Assembly: GCA_963710605.1 (NCBI GenBank)
Contig: CAVQBA010000007.1
Span: 160,001-224,000, forward strand
DNA length: 64,000 nt
Direction: 5' to 3'
Source: an uncultured cyanobacterium
Lineage (GTDB): Bacteria > Cyanobacteriota > Cyanobacteriia > Cyanobacteriales > Cyanobacteriaceae
In this document: one piece after another, positions 19,756 to 30,318 of the stretch
How the letters are laid out: the number at the start of each line of letters is the position of its first letter
How positions within the stretch are numbered: the stretch's first letter is position 1
The notes under the pieces: generated by a model
What the model was told of the DNA's origin: nothing
The model's database searches: none
The model's input: the letters and a program-made list of their open reading frames with translations, nothing else
Translations under genes and position numbers: made by a program

Positions 19756-19970
19756 AATAAATAATTAGTCTATTTTCTTTAAAATTACGTTCTACAAACT
19801 ATGAAGGGTTTTAGCCAATCTACAATTATATATCTATTTGGCGATCGATTTTATGTTTGTGCTGATCTTAAGTAAAGAAATGATGACGTAAGACTGAATT
19901 GATTAAGGAGTAATGAGTAAGGAGTTTTAACTGTTCATTGCTAATTACTCATTGTTCGCACGTTTACTGT

Positions 19971-20987
19971 TTAATATTGATGAATAAAATCTTGAAACTG
20001 TTGAAACAAAATTGGGTTTCGCCATCCCTTGGTTACTTCTCGTGCCAAAATAGCTAAAGATTCTTTACGGCTATAAGCTACCTTGTAAGAGCGTTTACTA
20101 GTAAGAGCATGATAAATATCAATTACTTGAAAAACTTGAGCAAGGTAGGGAATATTGTCGGCGACAAGATTATCTGGATAGCCACTACCGTCGTATTTTT
20201 CGTGGTGATGACGGATAATTGCTTGCAGATTAGGATTGTTATGACAAAGTGGTTGACAAATCTGCTCACCAATAATAACGTGTTGACGAACAATTAGTTG
20301 TTCAGCGGGGGTTAGTTTTCCTTGCTTAGTTAAAATATTTTCAGGAATATTAACAGTACCAATATCATGAAGATAGGCAGCAAAAACTAAATCTTCAATT
20401 TCTTCATTCTTTAATTTTAAGTATTCGGCAAAACCCATAACTAAATTAGCTAAATTAAATGATGATTTTTGTTCATTAGCGACTCTATTTTTGATAGCTG
20501 AGGCTAAAGTCAAAAGTACTTGTTGGGTTTGATTTAAACCTTCATTTAAACGCTTTTGCTGAGCTAAATTTCTTAGTTTGGCAGATAAAGTAGTTCGTTG
20601 TAGTGGCTTCATTAAGATATCTTCTACACCAATCTCTAAAGCTTGATCACGCAAATGTGGCTCGTCGGTTACTGACATCAAAACGATCGGTATTGATTTG
20701 GTATGAGGATGTAACTTAAGTTTTTTGGCTATTTCTAAACCATTAGCTAATGGCATCATTACGTCCATCAAGATAATGTCGGGTTTTTGTTGATATGCTA
20801 GAGATAAAACTTGTGTACTATCATTTACTTCGATAATCTTATGACCTTCATAACTAATTAAATCTACTGCATGTAACAAACTCAAGGGATGATCATCTAC
20901 TACCATTACACAACTATTTTCAGAGGAAGCACGAACAATATATCTTCCTTCTTTATTAATTTTGGTCATATCTTCGTGATTAATCAT
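19971..20987 (-). CDS. Response regulator with HD-GYP phosphodiesterase domain
   Basis: VVDD, DVMMP, KP receiver; LHDIG, HHEKYDGSGYP. Confidence 0.92.
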   Translation of the reverse strand: MINHEDMTKINKEGRYIVRASSENSCVMVVDDHPLSLLHAVDLISYEGHKIIEVNDSTQVLSLAYQQKPDIILMDVMMPLANGLEIAKKLKLHPHTKSIPIVLMSVTDEPHLRDQALEIGVEDILMKPLQRTTLSAKLRNLAQQKRLNEGLNQTQQVLLTLASAIKNRVANEQKSSFNLANLVMGFAEYLKLKNEEIEDLVFAAYLHDIGTVNIPENILTKQGKLTPAEQLIVRQHVIIGEQICQPLCHNNPNLQAIIRHHHEKYDGSGYPDNLVADNIPYLAQVFQVIDIYHALTSKRSYKVAYSRKESLAILAREVTKGWRNPILFQQFQDFIHQY

Positions 20988-21185
20988 ATCAACCGTGAGT
21001 CCTATAAATTGATGAATACTTAATGTTGTTTACTTTCCCATTGACCAAACCAAAATATACAATCGTTCAAGTATATTTATGTATCGAGTAGATGAGATTA
21101 TAATTTTTTTTGTTTTCTTGGCTACATCACTATAGTGAACAAATTCAGTTAAAAAGTAATCAGTTGATTTACCTATCTTTTGTAC

Positions 21186-22052
21186 TTATCTCAAATAATG
21201 TCTTTTTTTCCACTTAGTAGTAGATTCAAGAATACTTTGAGATTGTTCTTCTATTCGTCTTTGTTTAATGGTGATGGCATTATCAGTTAAATGTGGATCT
21301 CGATAAGGGATAGACGCACGTGTTTGTAAGTGTTCTTGCTCCATTGCTGATAAGCTCGGTAAGGGGGAAAACTGGTAAGATGCGATCGTGCCTGCGGTTC
21401 TTTGTCCAACTTGATAATTATGTCCTATTTTTAAATTAATTAAGCTCAAAGCTTTACGTACTGAGGCAGAGCAAGAATAAGTAGCGATAATACCTTCTGG
21501 TTTAAGTGCATTAGCTAATAATTGTAAAAATTCTATTGTCCATAGTTGAGGACACTTAGGTGGCGAAAAAGGATCTAAAAAAATAGCATCAGCTAAAAAG
21601 TTATTTTTAATTAATTGTTGAATTGTTTGTCGAGCATCACCGATTAATAATTCTAACTTTAAGGATGAATCATTTACTTTTTTATCTGTCAGTAGTTGGG
21701 TTAGTAATTCAACAGTATGAGTTGAGAAGGTATTTTCTAATAAACCTCTTTCTATGGCTTGTCTTGGTACGGTTTCGTCTAATTCTAAGGCTACAATTTG
21801 TAGTTGACATTGAGGATTTATTTGCTGATAATAACAATCGATCGCTTCTGCGGTGTTATACCCTAGCCCGTAACAGACATCAATTATTTTAACTTGATCT
21901 TGTGTGCGGATTTTTTCAGCTAAACGACAACCTTGAATATAAGTAATTTGAGCTTCTGTCTTTGCACCATATTGACTATGAAACTTCTCATCAAATTCTG
22001 GGGAGTAAAAAGTTTCACTACCATCAGCGGTTAGTTGGGTTTTAAACATCAT
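21186..22052 (-). CDS. mnmD: MnmC/MnmD-type tRNA methyltransferase
   Basis: TADGSETFYS..F.E.FHS..GA..EA, DVCYGLGYN, GDAR, FLDPFSPPKCPQLWT, ATYS. Confidence 0.8.
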   Translation of the reverse strand: MMFKTQLTADGSETFYSPEFDEKFHSQYGAKTEAQITYIQGCRLAEKIRTQDQVKIIDVCYGLGYNTAEAIDCYYQQINPQCQLQIVALELDETVPRQAIERGLLENTFSTHTVELLTQLLTDKKVNDSSLKLELLIGDARQTIQQLIKNNFLADAIFLDPFSPPKCPQLWTIEFLQLLANALKPEGIIATYSCSASVRKALSLINLKIGHNYQVGQRTAGTIASYQFSPLPSLSAMEQEHLQTRASIPYRDPHLTDNAITIKQRRIEEQSQSILESTTKWKKRHYLR

Positions 22053-22170
22053 AACTTTTGTCCGAGTGCTACCGTCTTTTGATAAGTGATTTTAAATTAT
22101 TGACGATCGATTTTGCTAATTTCTCAACTAAGGCATAAATTTTAAATACAACTGAGAGCTTAATAGCTTA

Positions 22171-22623
22171 CTATAATTGAGTTGGTTTTAACTTAGTTAA
22201 TTTCAATTTAAAGTTACCACTACCTGTTTGTCCAAATGCTCTAACTCTAACTATATATTTTCCGGCGGCGACAATGCGAGTAAATAATAAAGAATTAGAA
22301 GTAGTGTCTGGTGCATCATCATTTTCGGCTACTGTTGTACCATCTTCGGCAATCAACACGAGAATACTATCAAAATCTTCTGAAAGTAAATCTATCGCTA
22401 TTTGATCACCTTCTTCTAAATAGATAAAATAATCTCTAGCAAATCCTCCTTCTCCTGTTGGTATATCTTTTGCGGTTAGTTGATCGTTAATTGATTGGTT
22501 TTCGACAATTGCGATCGGTTGATACATTTTTGATTGTGCTAAAGCACTAAATGTTAACCAATGAGAGGGGATTATTACTAACATCGCCAGATTAACAGTT
22601 AGAGTATATAAATTCTTCACCAT
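22171..22623 (-). CDS. Secreted PPC (pre-peptidase C-terminal) domain protein
   Basis: Signal peptide; SEDFD..L.L...DG..VAENDD; G.Y.VRV. Confidence 0.8.
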   Translation of the reverse strand: MVKNLYTLTVNLAMLVIIPSHWLTFSALAQSKMYQPIAIVENQSINDQLTAKDIPTGEGGFARDYFIYLEEGDQIAIDLLSEDFDSILVLIAEDGTTVAENDDAPDTTSNSLLFTRIVAAGKYIVRVRAFGQTGSGNFKLKLTKLKPTQL

Positions 22624-22888
22624 CGATTAAGAGTAATAATATTTTTATTGCTTAATTTCATCTTAAAGAATCGATCGTCATTAAATCAATAATCTAGCAA
22701 TAATTTTAACAGTTAGTTGTTTTTTATACTCTAAATTGCACAACACCCAATTATCAATCCTTATAACTCAAATCAAATCAATAGCTAAATAATTGACTAT
22801 TACCAAGAAAAAAGAGCCGATTATCTATTCTCAATATTGCATAAAACACTATTTACCTCAGGAAGAATAGTTAACGCTAATTATAAAG

Positions 22889-24320
22889 TTGAGATTAATG
22901 ATCAATTTAGAACAACAAAGACTAGAAGCTCAAAATGAAACAACATCCACAGAAAGATTAAAAGAATTAGCCGTTTGTAATGATTTGATTACTCGTAAAT
23001 ATGTAGCAATGAACCCTAATGTACTACCATCTGTTTTACAAAATTTAGCAGGGCAATTTTTAGAGCCAGTTTTTAAAAATCCCGCAATCGACTTATTGTT
23101 GTTAACTAATCCCGATTTACTGTCGCAAATACACCATCGAAATCTGGTTCAAATAGCTCAAACAACTACCTCAGTTAATATTTTAAATGTATTAGCTAAA
23201 CATGAAAATAAAAAAGTCCGTCAAGCCGTGGCAAAAAATACGGAAGTAACAATTGAAATATTAAAAAAATTAGCCCAAGATTTTAGCTATGAAGTGAGAC
23301 AATTAGTAGCAGAACATCCTCAAATCAATCGAGAAATTATTAAGACAATTCTTTTTTACAAGTCTGCTGTTACAAAACTAAATTCACTCCAAATAGAAGA
23401 CAAAAAAACATCAATTTCAATATTTATCGATGGTCAAAATTGTATCATAGCAACTCCTCAACCTTGAAAGAGGTCATTTGAGCGGAGATGCTTATGTACT
23501 TGAAACTATTATTAGCCATCCAAATTTACCTTTAGTAAATTCTTGATCAGTTAAATTAAAAAAGTACCGGAAATTCTTAAATGGACTAAGGCTATTCGAT
23601 TAATTTTAGGTATTCTTGCTAATCCTAATATTTCTGTTTTGACCTTAAAATGGTTCGCAGGAAGAAAATATCATCAAATTCATAACGATATTATTTTTGA
23701 AACTAATATTCGGCATCTCGCACCATTTAGTAAAAATTCTGACAAAAACAAAGTATTACCTATTTCAACGAATCGACTAAAGGTTTATCGTATGAGCAAG
23801 TTGTTGATTATTTTAGACACAATAGAGAAGTACGTCAAATTCATTATAGTCAAGCTACACACTTAATTGGTCAAATATACTGGGCAATAGTACAACATCC
23901 AGCGACTCCAGAAAATGTAAAATCTAAATTATTACTGAAATTAACTAGCAATTCTGAGATACTTTTTTCCGTTCGTTATTATATGGCACAATCTTTAGAT
24001 ATTCCACCAATAATTTTTAGAAGATTGGTAAAATTTGGTTGTTATTTTGAGGTGAAATCGTTAATAGAAAATCCTCATACTCCTAATGACGTTTTAGCTG
24101 TACTAGCAAATAGCAAACTTGTCGAAACTCGTCTTATTCTTGCCGAGCATTGTAGTACGCCTAAAAATATTTTAGAGCTACTAGCCAAAGATACTCATTA
24201 GAAAAAATACGTACAATCATAGCTAATAAAGCGGCTACTCCTCGCCATATTATAGAGATGTTACGTGAAGACAAATCTCCACAAGTGCGTCAAGCCGCAT
24301 TTGGCTCACGTAATTACTAA
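22889..24320 (+). pseudogene. Leucine-rich repeat variant (LRV/HEAT-like) protein, fragmented
   Basis: VAMNPN, VRQAVAKN, IENPHTP, LAEHCSTP and VRQAA repeats spread over several frames with stops. Confidence 0.75.
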
Positions 24321-24410
24321 GTTATTTCACAATATAAGAAAGTCGAGACAAATAATTAAGATAGATAACTCAAATAAATAACGAGATCTATATATAGCTC
24401 AAAATAAACT

Positions 24411-25178
24411 TTAGGCGATTAAACTAATATTTAAATCCTGATAAAATTCGTCTTGATGTAACTCTACTTTGGATTGAGAAGAAAGTAATAATAAAGCCCA
24501 AAATATACCCACTTTATCCGTTTTTTCTTCAGCTAAATGAGTTTGCCATTCACTAACTAATTTATCGAGTTGAATATTATTATCTGATTCTTGATTTAGT
24601 AAATTATGATTTAAAAATGTACTCAGTTGTTCAGCTAATTGAGTCAGATTTTCGTTATGAGCAAGTTCAATGATAGTCTTTAATGCTTGCTTACGGGTAT
24701 AACCTTTTTTCTTTTTTTGTAAAGTAAGCTGATGATTTATTTTCTTTTTACTAATTTGCTGATCAATAATTTGTAATTGAGTAATAAATTCGGCTAAAGT
24801 TACTTTTCTTTTTTTTTGTGGTGGTGCACAAGTACGACGTTTTATCTTTTTAGTAAGGTTATTATTGATATTTTTACGCTCATCTTCGGCTATTTCGATA
24901 GATTCTAAATATTCAGCAGAAAATTCGCTTTCTTCTTCTGGTTGATTTAGTCTTTCTAAGGTTTCGGCTTTGAATAATACTAATTTGGATGCCCATAACA
25001 TTACTTGCCCTGATTGCGATAAATCAGTTTCTTCTATCCCTAAATTATCGCTTCCATCAACTCCGACTTCGGCAAGAAAACGATCGATTATTTCGATTAC
25101 TTGTACATCCCAAGGGTTGATTTCTCCTGTTTGGGCTAATTCAATTAATGTAGCGATTGCTTCACTTGCTGGGCTCAT
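24411..25178 (-). CDS. scpA: Segregation and condensation protein A
   Basis: GEINPWDVQVIEIIDRFL, GIFWALLLLSSQSKVELHQ..FY. Confidence 0.9.
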   Translation of the reverse strand: MSPASEAIATLIELAQTGEINPWDVQVIEIIDRFLAEVGVDGSDNLGIEETDLSQSGQVMLWASKLVLFKAETLERLNQPEEESEFSAEYLESIEIAEDERKNINNNLTKKIKRRTCAPPQKKRKVTLAEFITQLQIIDQQISKKKINHQLTLQKKKKGYTRKQALKTIIELAHNENLTQLAEQLSTFLNHNLLNQESDNNIQLDKLVSEWQTHLAEEKTDKVGIFWALLLLSSQSKVELHQDEFYQDLNISLIA

Positions 25179-25186
25179 TTTTTAAA

Positions 25187-25221
25187 GAGTAAGGAGTAAG
25201 GAGTAAGGAGTAAGGAGTAAG
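25187..25221. repeat. Heptamer tandem repeat (GAGTAAG)5
   Basis: Five exact units. Confidence 0.9.
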
Positions 25222-25260
25222 AAATTTTGATTGTTAATTGTCTCAATTATCAATTGTCAA

Positions 25261-26298
25261 TTATAATTGTCGTCTATTTTGACACAATGAAGTTGCTAAT
25301 TCGATCGCACTAATCATACTACTAGCATTAGCAATACCTTGACCTGCGATATCAAAAGCAGTACCATGATCAGGGGAAGTACGTACAAAGGGTAAACCAA
25401 TCGTTGTATTAATAGCTTGGTCAAATGCGATCGCTTTAACGGGTATTAAACCTTGATCATGATATAAAGCTAAAAAAGCATCAGCAACTTTAATATCAGT
25501 AGAATGAAACCAAGCAGAAGTCGGTTTTGTCCACATAGTATCAGGAGGAAGCAAACCAATTAATTTGGCTTGAGGATATTTTTGTTGTGCTTGAATTAAC
25601 CAATCATTTAACCATTCTTTTTCTTCTGTACCTAATTTACCCTCTTCTCCACTATGAGGATTTAAACCCGCTATGGCAATTGTCGGCTCAAAAATAGTAA
25701 AGTCTTGTTTTAAAGTATTAATCAACAAATCTAATTTCAAATTCATTAACTCTGGGTTAAGAGTGTCAGAAACTGCCTTAAGAGGAATATGAGTAGTTGC
25801 TAAAAGCGTTTTTAATACCCAACCTGTATAAGGAGATTTACCCACAAACATCATGCCGAATTTATCAACACCACTTTTTTGAGCTAAAACTTCAGTTTGC
25901 CCAGGATAATTATAACCGGCTTTTTGCCATAAATATTTAGCAATAGGGGCGGTAACGATACCATCAAATTTACCTTGTTTGGTTAATTCGATCGCTTTTT
26001 CTAAATAAAGAAAACTTGCTTTACCTGTTTCGGCATTACCTTCACCCCAATTAACATTATTTGGAGTGTAAACATCAATAACATCAAATTGATCTAGATG
26101 TGCTAGATTAGCACTATCAATTTTTTGTAAATGAACATACATCTGTTCTAAACAAAATTTTGAACCAACGATCGTTAAATTAGCATTATCAGCTAAAGTT
26201 TTATTAGACAGGGCTTTGAGGATAATTTCTGTACCTATACTAGCAGGATCACCCAAGGTAATGGCTAAATTAATTTTGGACTGAGAAGAAAATGTCAT
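25261..26298 (-). CDS. pdxA: 4-hydroxythreonine-4-phosphate dehydrogenase
   Basis: [40 protein letters not shown]. Confidence 0.96.
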   Translation of the reverse strand: MTFSSQSKINLAITLGDPASIGTEIILKALSNKTLADNANLTIVGSKFCLEQMYVHLQKIDSANLAHLDQFDVIDVYTPNNVNWGEGNAETGKASFLYLEKAIELTKQGKFDGIVTAPIAKYLWQKAGYNYPGQTEVLAQKSGVDKFGMMFVGKSPYTGWVLKTLLATTHIPLKAVSDTLNPELMNLKLDLLINTLKQDFTIFEPTIAIAGLNPHSGEEGKLGTEEKEWLNDWLIQAQQKYPQAKLIGLLPPDTMWTKPTSAWFHSTDIKVADAFLALYHDQGLIPVKAIAFDQAINTTIGLPFVRTSPDHGTAFDIAGQGIANASSMISAIELATSLCQNRRQL

Positions 26299-26406
26299 TA
26301 AATTGCGATCAAGATATTTCTAATTGGCATTGATTGTAACTTAATAAATCAATAGACGATCGTTTAATTAATACAAAAATTTGGGCAAACGAGGGAAATA
26401 GTATCG

Positions 26407-26985
26407 GTGATTACACAAGAATTGACAATAATTCAAATATTAGCTATTTTATCCGCATCTGCGGCAGGAGGTATGAGAATTGGTTTACCCTTACTAGTTA
26501 TCGGTATCAGCAATCTTGATCAATTATGGACACAAGTACCTTTTTTAGCTAATTTTCCTCCCAAAATTTTAGTCGGTATTTTAACTAGTTGGTCGTTATT
26601 TGAATTATTAGGTACAAAAAAATTAGTTGGTTTGCGTGTTTTACAATTGATTCAATTAATCTTAAGCCCTCTGACTGGTGGAATTCTGGCTATTGGAGTT
26701 GCACGTTTACTGCAAGTTTCTTTTTCACCTTTATGGTTGCTAGGTATTGTTGGTGGTTTGTTTGCTTTAGTTTTAAAATTAGTTCAAGTTGGTTGGTTTT
26801 TTCGTTGGGGTAAAATGCCAATAGCTTTAATTTTCTTCGAGGATTGTTTATCGGCAATTTTAGTTTTACTTGCCATCAAAGCACCTGAAAACGGCGGCTT
26901 AATTGCCATGTTATTATTATGGATTGCTTTACGTAGCTCAACTGAATGGAAATATCGGTTTCAGAAAAAAGTGACTCAACAGTAA
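26407..26985 (+). CDS. DUF4126-like membrane protein
   Basis: LSASAAGGMRIGLPLL, multiple TM helices, FFED. Confidence 0.75.
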   Translation: MITQELTIIQILAILSASAAGGMRIGLPLLVIGISNLDQLWTQVPFLANFPPKILVGILTSWSLFELLGTKKLVGLRVLQLIQLILSPLTGGILAIGVARLLQVSFSPLWLLGIVGGLFALVLKLVQVGWFFRWGKMPIALIFFEDCLSAILVLLAIKAPENGGLIAMLLLWIALRSSTEWKYRFQKKVTQQ

Positions 26986-27583
26986 ATATCTTCGTAGATA
27001 ATTTAGAGAAATTATTATTAAGTTAAATACGATTGAATAAAGATGCTTTGCCAATATAAATTGTCGTTTTAGTAATCAAAATTTTGGTGGAAACGATCGT
27101 TTTTTAATCATTTATCAAAATATTATTTTAATTTTTGTAGTAATTAATATTAGAAGATATCGTAATGTTGTTATCTATAATGTTAGATAAATTATTCAAT
27201 TAATTAAAACATTAAAAACTCCCATTACTAAATTTATAAAGCTTATTGAAAGTAATTATTATTAAATAAATTTCGATTATAATTGTACAATTTTTCTTCA
27301 AAAAAAACTAAATAATATAAGTTTATGAAAGTTTTTAAAGTCGTTATCATCAAACTTCTATTTCTGATTTTGATCAGATAATTCTGCTGAAAAATTTAGT
27401 TATAACTTTTTTTAGTTGATATGTCGCTGTACTTTCTCTTTAACTAAATAAGTGATCTCACCCTTCAGTACATAAGATAAGCTTATTCTAATTGTATAAA
27501 ATATAAACTTTACAAATCATTAAGAATATGTCAAGATAGATAAATAATACTTAAGTAAAACTAAAAACCTATCGATATAACTT

Positions 27584-29314
27584 ATGACTACATTTATTGA
27601 TCAGAATAAAACAACTCAATCGACAAAAAGATTAACTATACAAACTGTAGAAATTGGCTCAGAAACTACGGCAATTCGTTGTTTGGATTGGGATCGAGAT
27701 CGCTTTGATATTGAGTTTGGTTTACAAAATGGCACAACCTACAATTCTTTTATCATTCAAGGTGAAAAGTTAGCTTTGGTTGATACAACTCATGCTAAAT
27801 TTCGTCAACTCTATCTGGATTTATTAACCGGTTTAATCGATCCATCTCAACTCGATTATTTAATTATCAGTCATACAGAGCCTGATCACAGTGGTTTAGT
27901 TAAAGATATTTTAGCATTAGCACCTCAAGTTACAGTAGTTGCGGCGAAGGTAGCAATTAAGTTTTTAACCGATATGGTGCATCAACCTTTTAATCATCAA
28001 ATTGTTAAAAATGGCGATCGTTTAGATTTAGGTAATGGGCATGAATTAGAGTTTGTTTCTGCCCCTAATTTACATTGGCCCGATACAATGTTTACTTACG
28101 ATTACAAAACACAAGTTCTTTATACTTGTGATGCTTTTGGGATGCATTATTGTGATGAGCCTACTTTTGATGAAAATTTAGAACTAGTTGAAGCCGACTA
28201 TGAATACTACTATAACTGTTTGATGAAACCTAATGCTCGATCGGTTTTAGGTGCGATTAAACGCATGGCAAAACTAGAACTAGAAACGATCGCTACAGGA
28301 CATGGTCCATTATTGCAATTTCATCGTGCTGAATTAGTAAATCGTTATCAGCAATGGAGTCAGGCACAAACCAAAACGGAAACTTTTGTTGCATTGTTTT
28401 ACTCGGAAGAATATGGCTACAGTGAAATTCTCGCCAGAGCGATCGCCCAAGGGATTATAAAAACAGAAGTAGCAGTAGAATTAGTTGACTGGAATAATAC
28501 CGAACCGCAATTGGTTAGAGAATTGGTATCCGAAGCCGCTGGTTTAGTTATCGGTATGCCTTCTCAATCAGATTCAGAAGCTCATATTATTCTCAATACT
28601 ATAGTTGCAACAGCCCACGGCAAACAATCAATTGGTTTATTTGAATCTGGTGGTGGAGAAGATGAGCCTATTTATCCTTTACGTAATCGGTTTCAAGAAA
28701 TTGGGCTGACTGAAGCATTCGAGCCAATTTTAGTTAAGCAATCGCCTAACCCTGTAGTTGAGCAAGTCTGCGATGAAGCTGGGACAGATTTAGGACAATG
28801 GTTAACTCGTGATCGTACTGTTAAAAAAGCTAAAGCGATCGATAATGACTTACAAAAAGCTTTAGGTAGAATTAGCAACGGCTTATATATCATCACTGCC
28901 AAAAAAGGCGAAATATCGAGTGCAATGGTTGCATCTTGGGTAACACAAGCTAGTTTTACTCCTTTAGGGATTGCGATCGCCGTAGCTAAAGATCGGGCGA
29001 TTGAATCTTTTTTACAAGTTGGCGATCGTTTTGTTTTGAATATCTTAGAAGAAGGAAATTATCAAAATCTAATTAGACATTTTCTCAAACGCTTTCCACC
29101 TGGTGTCGATCGCTTTGAAGGAATCAAAACTGTACCCGCTAGTAATGGTTCACCAATTATTGCCGAATCTTTAGCTTACATTGAATGTGAAGTTGAGAGT
29201 CGAATCGAATGTAGCGATCACTGGATTGTTTATAGTAATGTGCAAGCTGGTAGAGTTGCCAAACTAGATATTTTAACAGCCGTTCACCATCGCAAGGTTG
29301 GTAATCACTATTAA
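27584..29314 (+). CDS. flv4: Flavodiiron protein Flv4
   Basis: LDWDRDRFDIEFGL.NGTTYNS, SHTEPDHSG, LHWPD, C-terminal flavin reductase ending HHRKVGNHY; first gene of a flv-PsiE-flv triad. Confidence 0.88.
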   Translation: MTTFIDQNKTTQSTKRLTIQTVEIGSETTAIRCLDWDRDRFDIEFGLQNGTTYNSFIIQGEKLALVDTTHAKFRQLYLDLLTGLIDPSQLDYLIISHTEPDHSGLVKDILALAPQVTVVAAKVAIKFLTDMVHQPFNHQIVKNGDRLDLGNGHELEFVSAPNLHWPDTMFTYDYKTQVLYTCDAFGMHYCDEPTFDENLELVEADYEYYYNCLMKPNARSVLGAIKRMAKLELETIATGHGPLLQFHRAELVNRYQQWSQAQTKTETFVALFYSEEYGYSEILARAIAQGIIKTEVAVELVDWNNTEPQLVRELVSEAAGLVIGMPSQSDSEAHIILNTIVATAHGKQSIGLFESGGGEDEPIYPLRNRFQEIGLTEAFEPILVKQSPNPVVEQVCDEAGTDLGQWLTRDRTVKKAKAIDNDLQKALGRISNGLYIITAKKGEISSAMVASWVTQASFTPLGIAIAVAKDRAIESFLQVGDRFVLNILEEGNYQNLIRHFLKRFPPGVDRFEGIKTVPASNGSPIIAESLAYIECEVESRIECSDHWIVYSNVQAGRVAKLDILTAVHHRKVGNHY

Positions 29315-29355
29315 AAATTTCAGGGTGAAGTATCAAATTACTCTTTTGACTATTA

Positions 29356-29461
29356 TATAGCAAGTAACGGGTGAGTTAGGACACTTTAATTGTATTTCCC
29401 CGTTTATAAGGGGGACCCGTGGGAGATCGATAACGTCCTAACCATCTTGTTTTCTGCCATA
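29356..29461. mobile_element. Miniature inverted-repeat element inside the flv4 operon
   Basis: TATAG-N19-GACA ... CGTC-N19-CCATA with a CCCC..GGGG hairpin. Confidence 0.65.
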
Positions 29462-29580
29462 GCTATTAGTAGTTATTTTGTTCACTTCACTAATTTCTCA
29501 GATCGACTTTCAAGATTGAATTGTATTTTACCTAACTATTCAATAACTAATCATTAACAACTAATAACCAAATATAACTC

Positions 29581-30135
29581 ATGAGTACGTTTAATAATTC
29601 ACAGGAGATTAAAACTCCATCCGTTGAAGGCAAAAATACTTCTTCATCAACTCCTTGGTATAAATGGTTAAACAGCCGTGGTGTGATTAAATTTTTGGAA
29701 TTTATCCAAGACCTTATTATCATATCTCTATGTATCGGTTTATTTGGCTTCATGACGCTTCAGTTAAAAGAGATGTTTGTTTCTCTGTTACCGCCTTTAA
29801 ATTTTACGCAAGTAACGGCTGATATTCTCTTTGTACTGATTTTAGTTGAGTTATTTCGCTTATTAATCATTTATTTACAAGAGCGTCGAGTTTCTATTGG
29901 AGTTGCTGTTGAAGTTTCTATTGTTTCGGTTTTAAGAGAAATTATTGTTAAGGGAATTTTAGATATTCCTTGGACTCAGGTATTAGCTACTTGTTCTTTT
30001 TTGTTAGTTTTATCAGTTTTGTTAGTAGTTAGAGTTTGGCTACCGCCTACTTTTGAAGGGGTCGATCCTGAGCAAAAAATATCTGAGCAATATAAAAAGA
30101 AAACCGAAAGTAATAAACAAAGTATCAGTCATTAA
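29581..30135 (+). CDS. Sll0218-like PsiE-family membrane protein
   Basis: DILFVLILVELFRLLI.YL, VEVSIVSVLREII; lies between flv4 and flv2. Confidence 0.88.
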   Translation: MSTFNNSQEIKTPSVEGKNTSSSTPWYKWLNSRGVIKFLEFIQDLIIISLCIGLFGFMTLQLKEMFVSLLPPLNFTQVTADILFVLILVELFRLLIIYLQERRVSIGVAVEVSIVSVLREIIVKGILDIPWTQVLATCSFLLVLSVLLVVRVWLPPTFEGVDPEQKISEQYKKKTESNKQSISH

Positions 30136-30137
30136 TC

Positions 30138-30292
30138 ATACCAAATTCAAAAAAGAACAAGATAAATGAATGAGGACTAAATCCACGGGGCGTATTCCAT
30201 TCACCTGAAACTTCTTAGGTGAGGTGCCCCTCCTCTTAGAAAAGGGGACTTACTAAAAGCAACTGTAGCAAATTTAATTTGAATTGTTATTA
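30138..30292. mobile_element. Miniature element (ATACCAAATTCAAA ... TTTGAATTGTTATTA) inside the flv operon
   Basis: Inverted ends shared with 44163-44270; internal CCCCT..AGGGG hairpin. Confidence 0.6.
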
Positions 30293-30318
30293 CATTAAAC
30301 ATCAAATCATTAATAATC

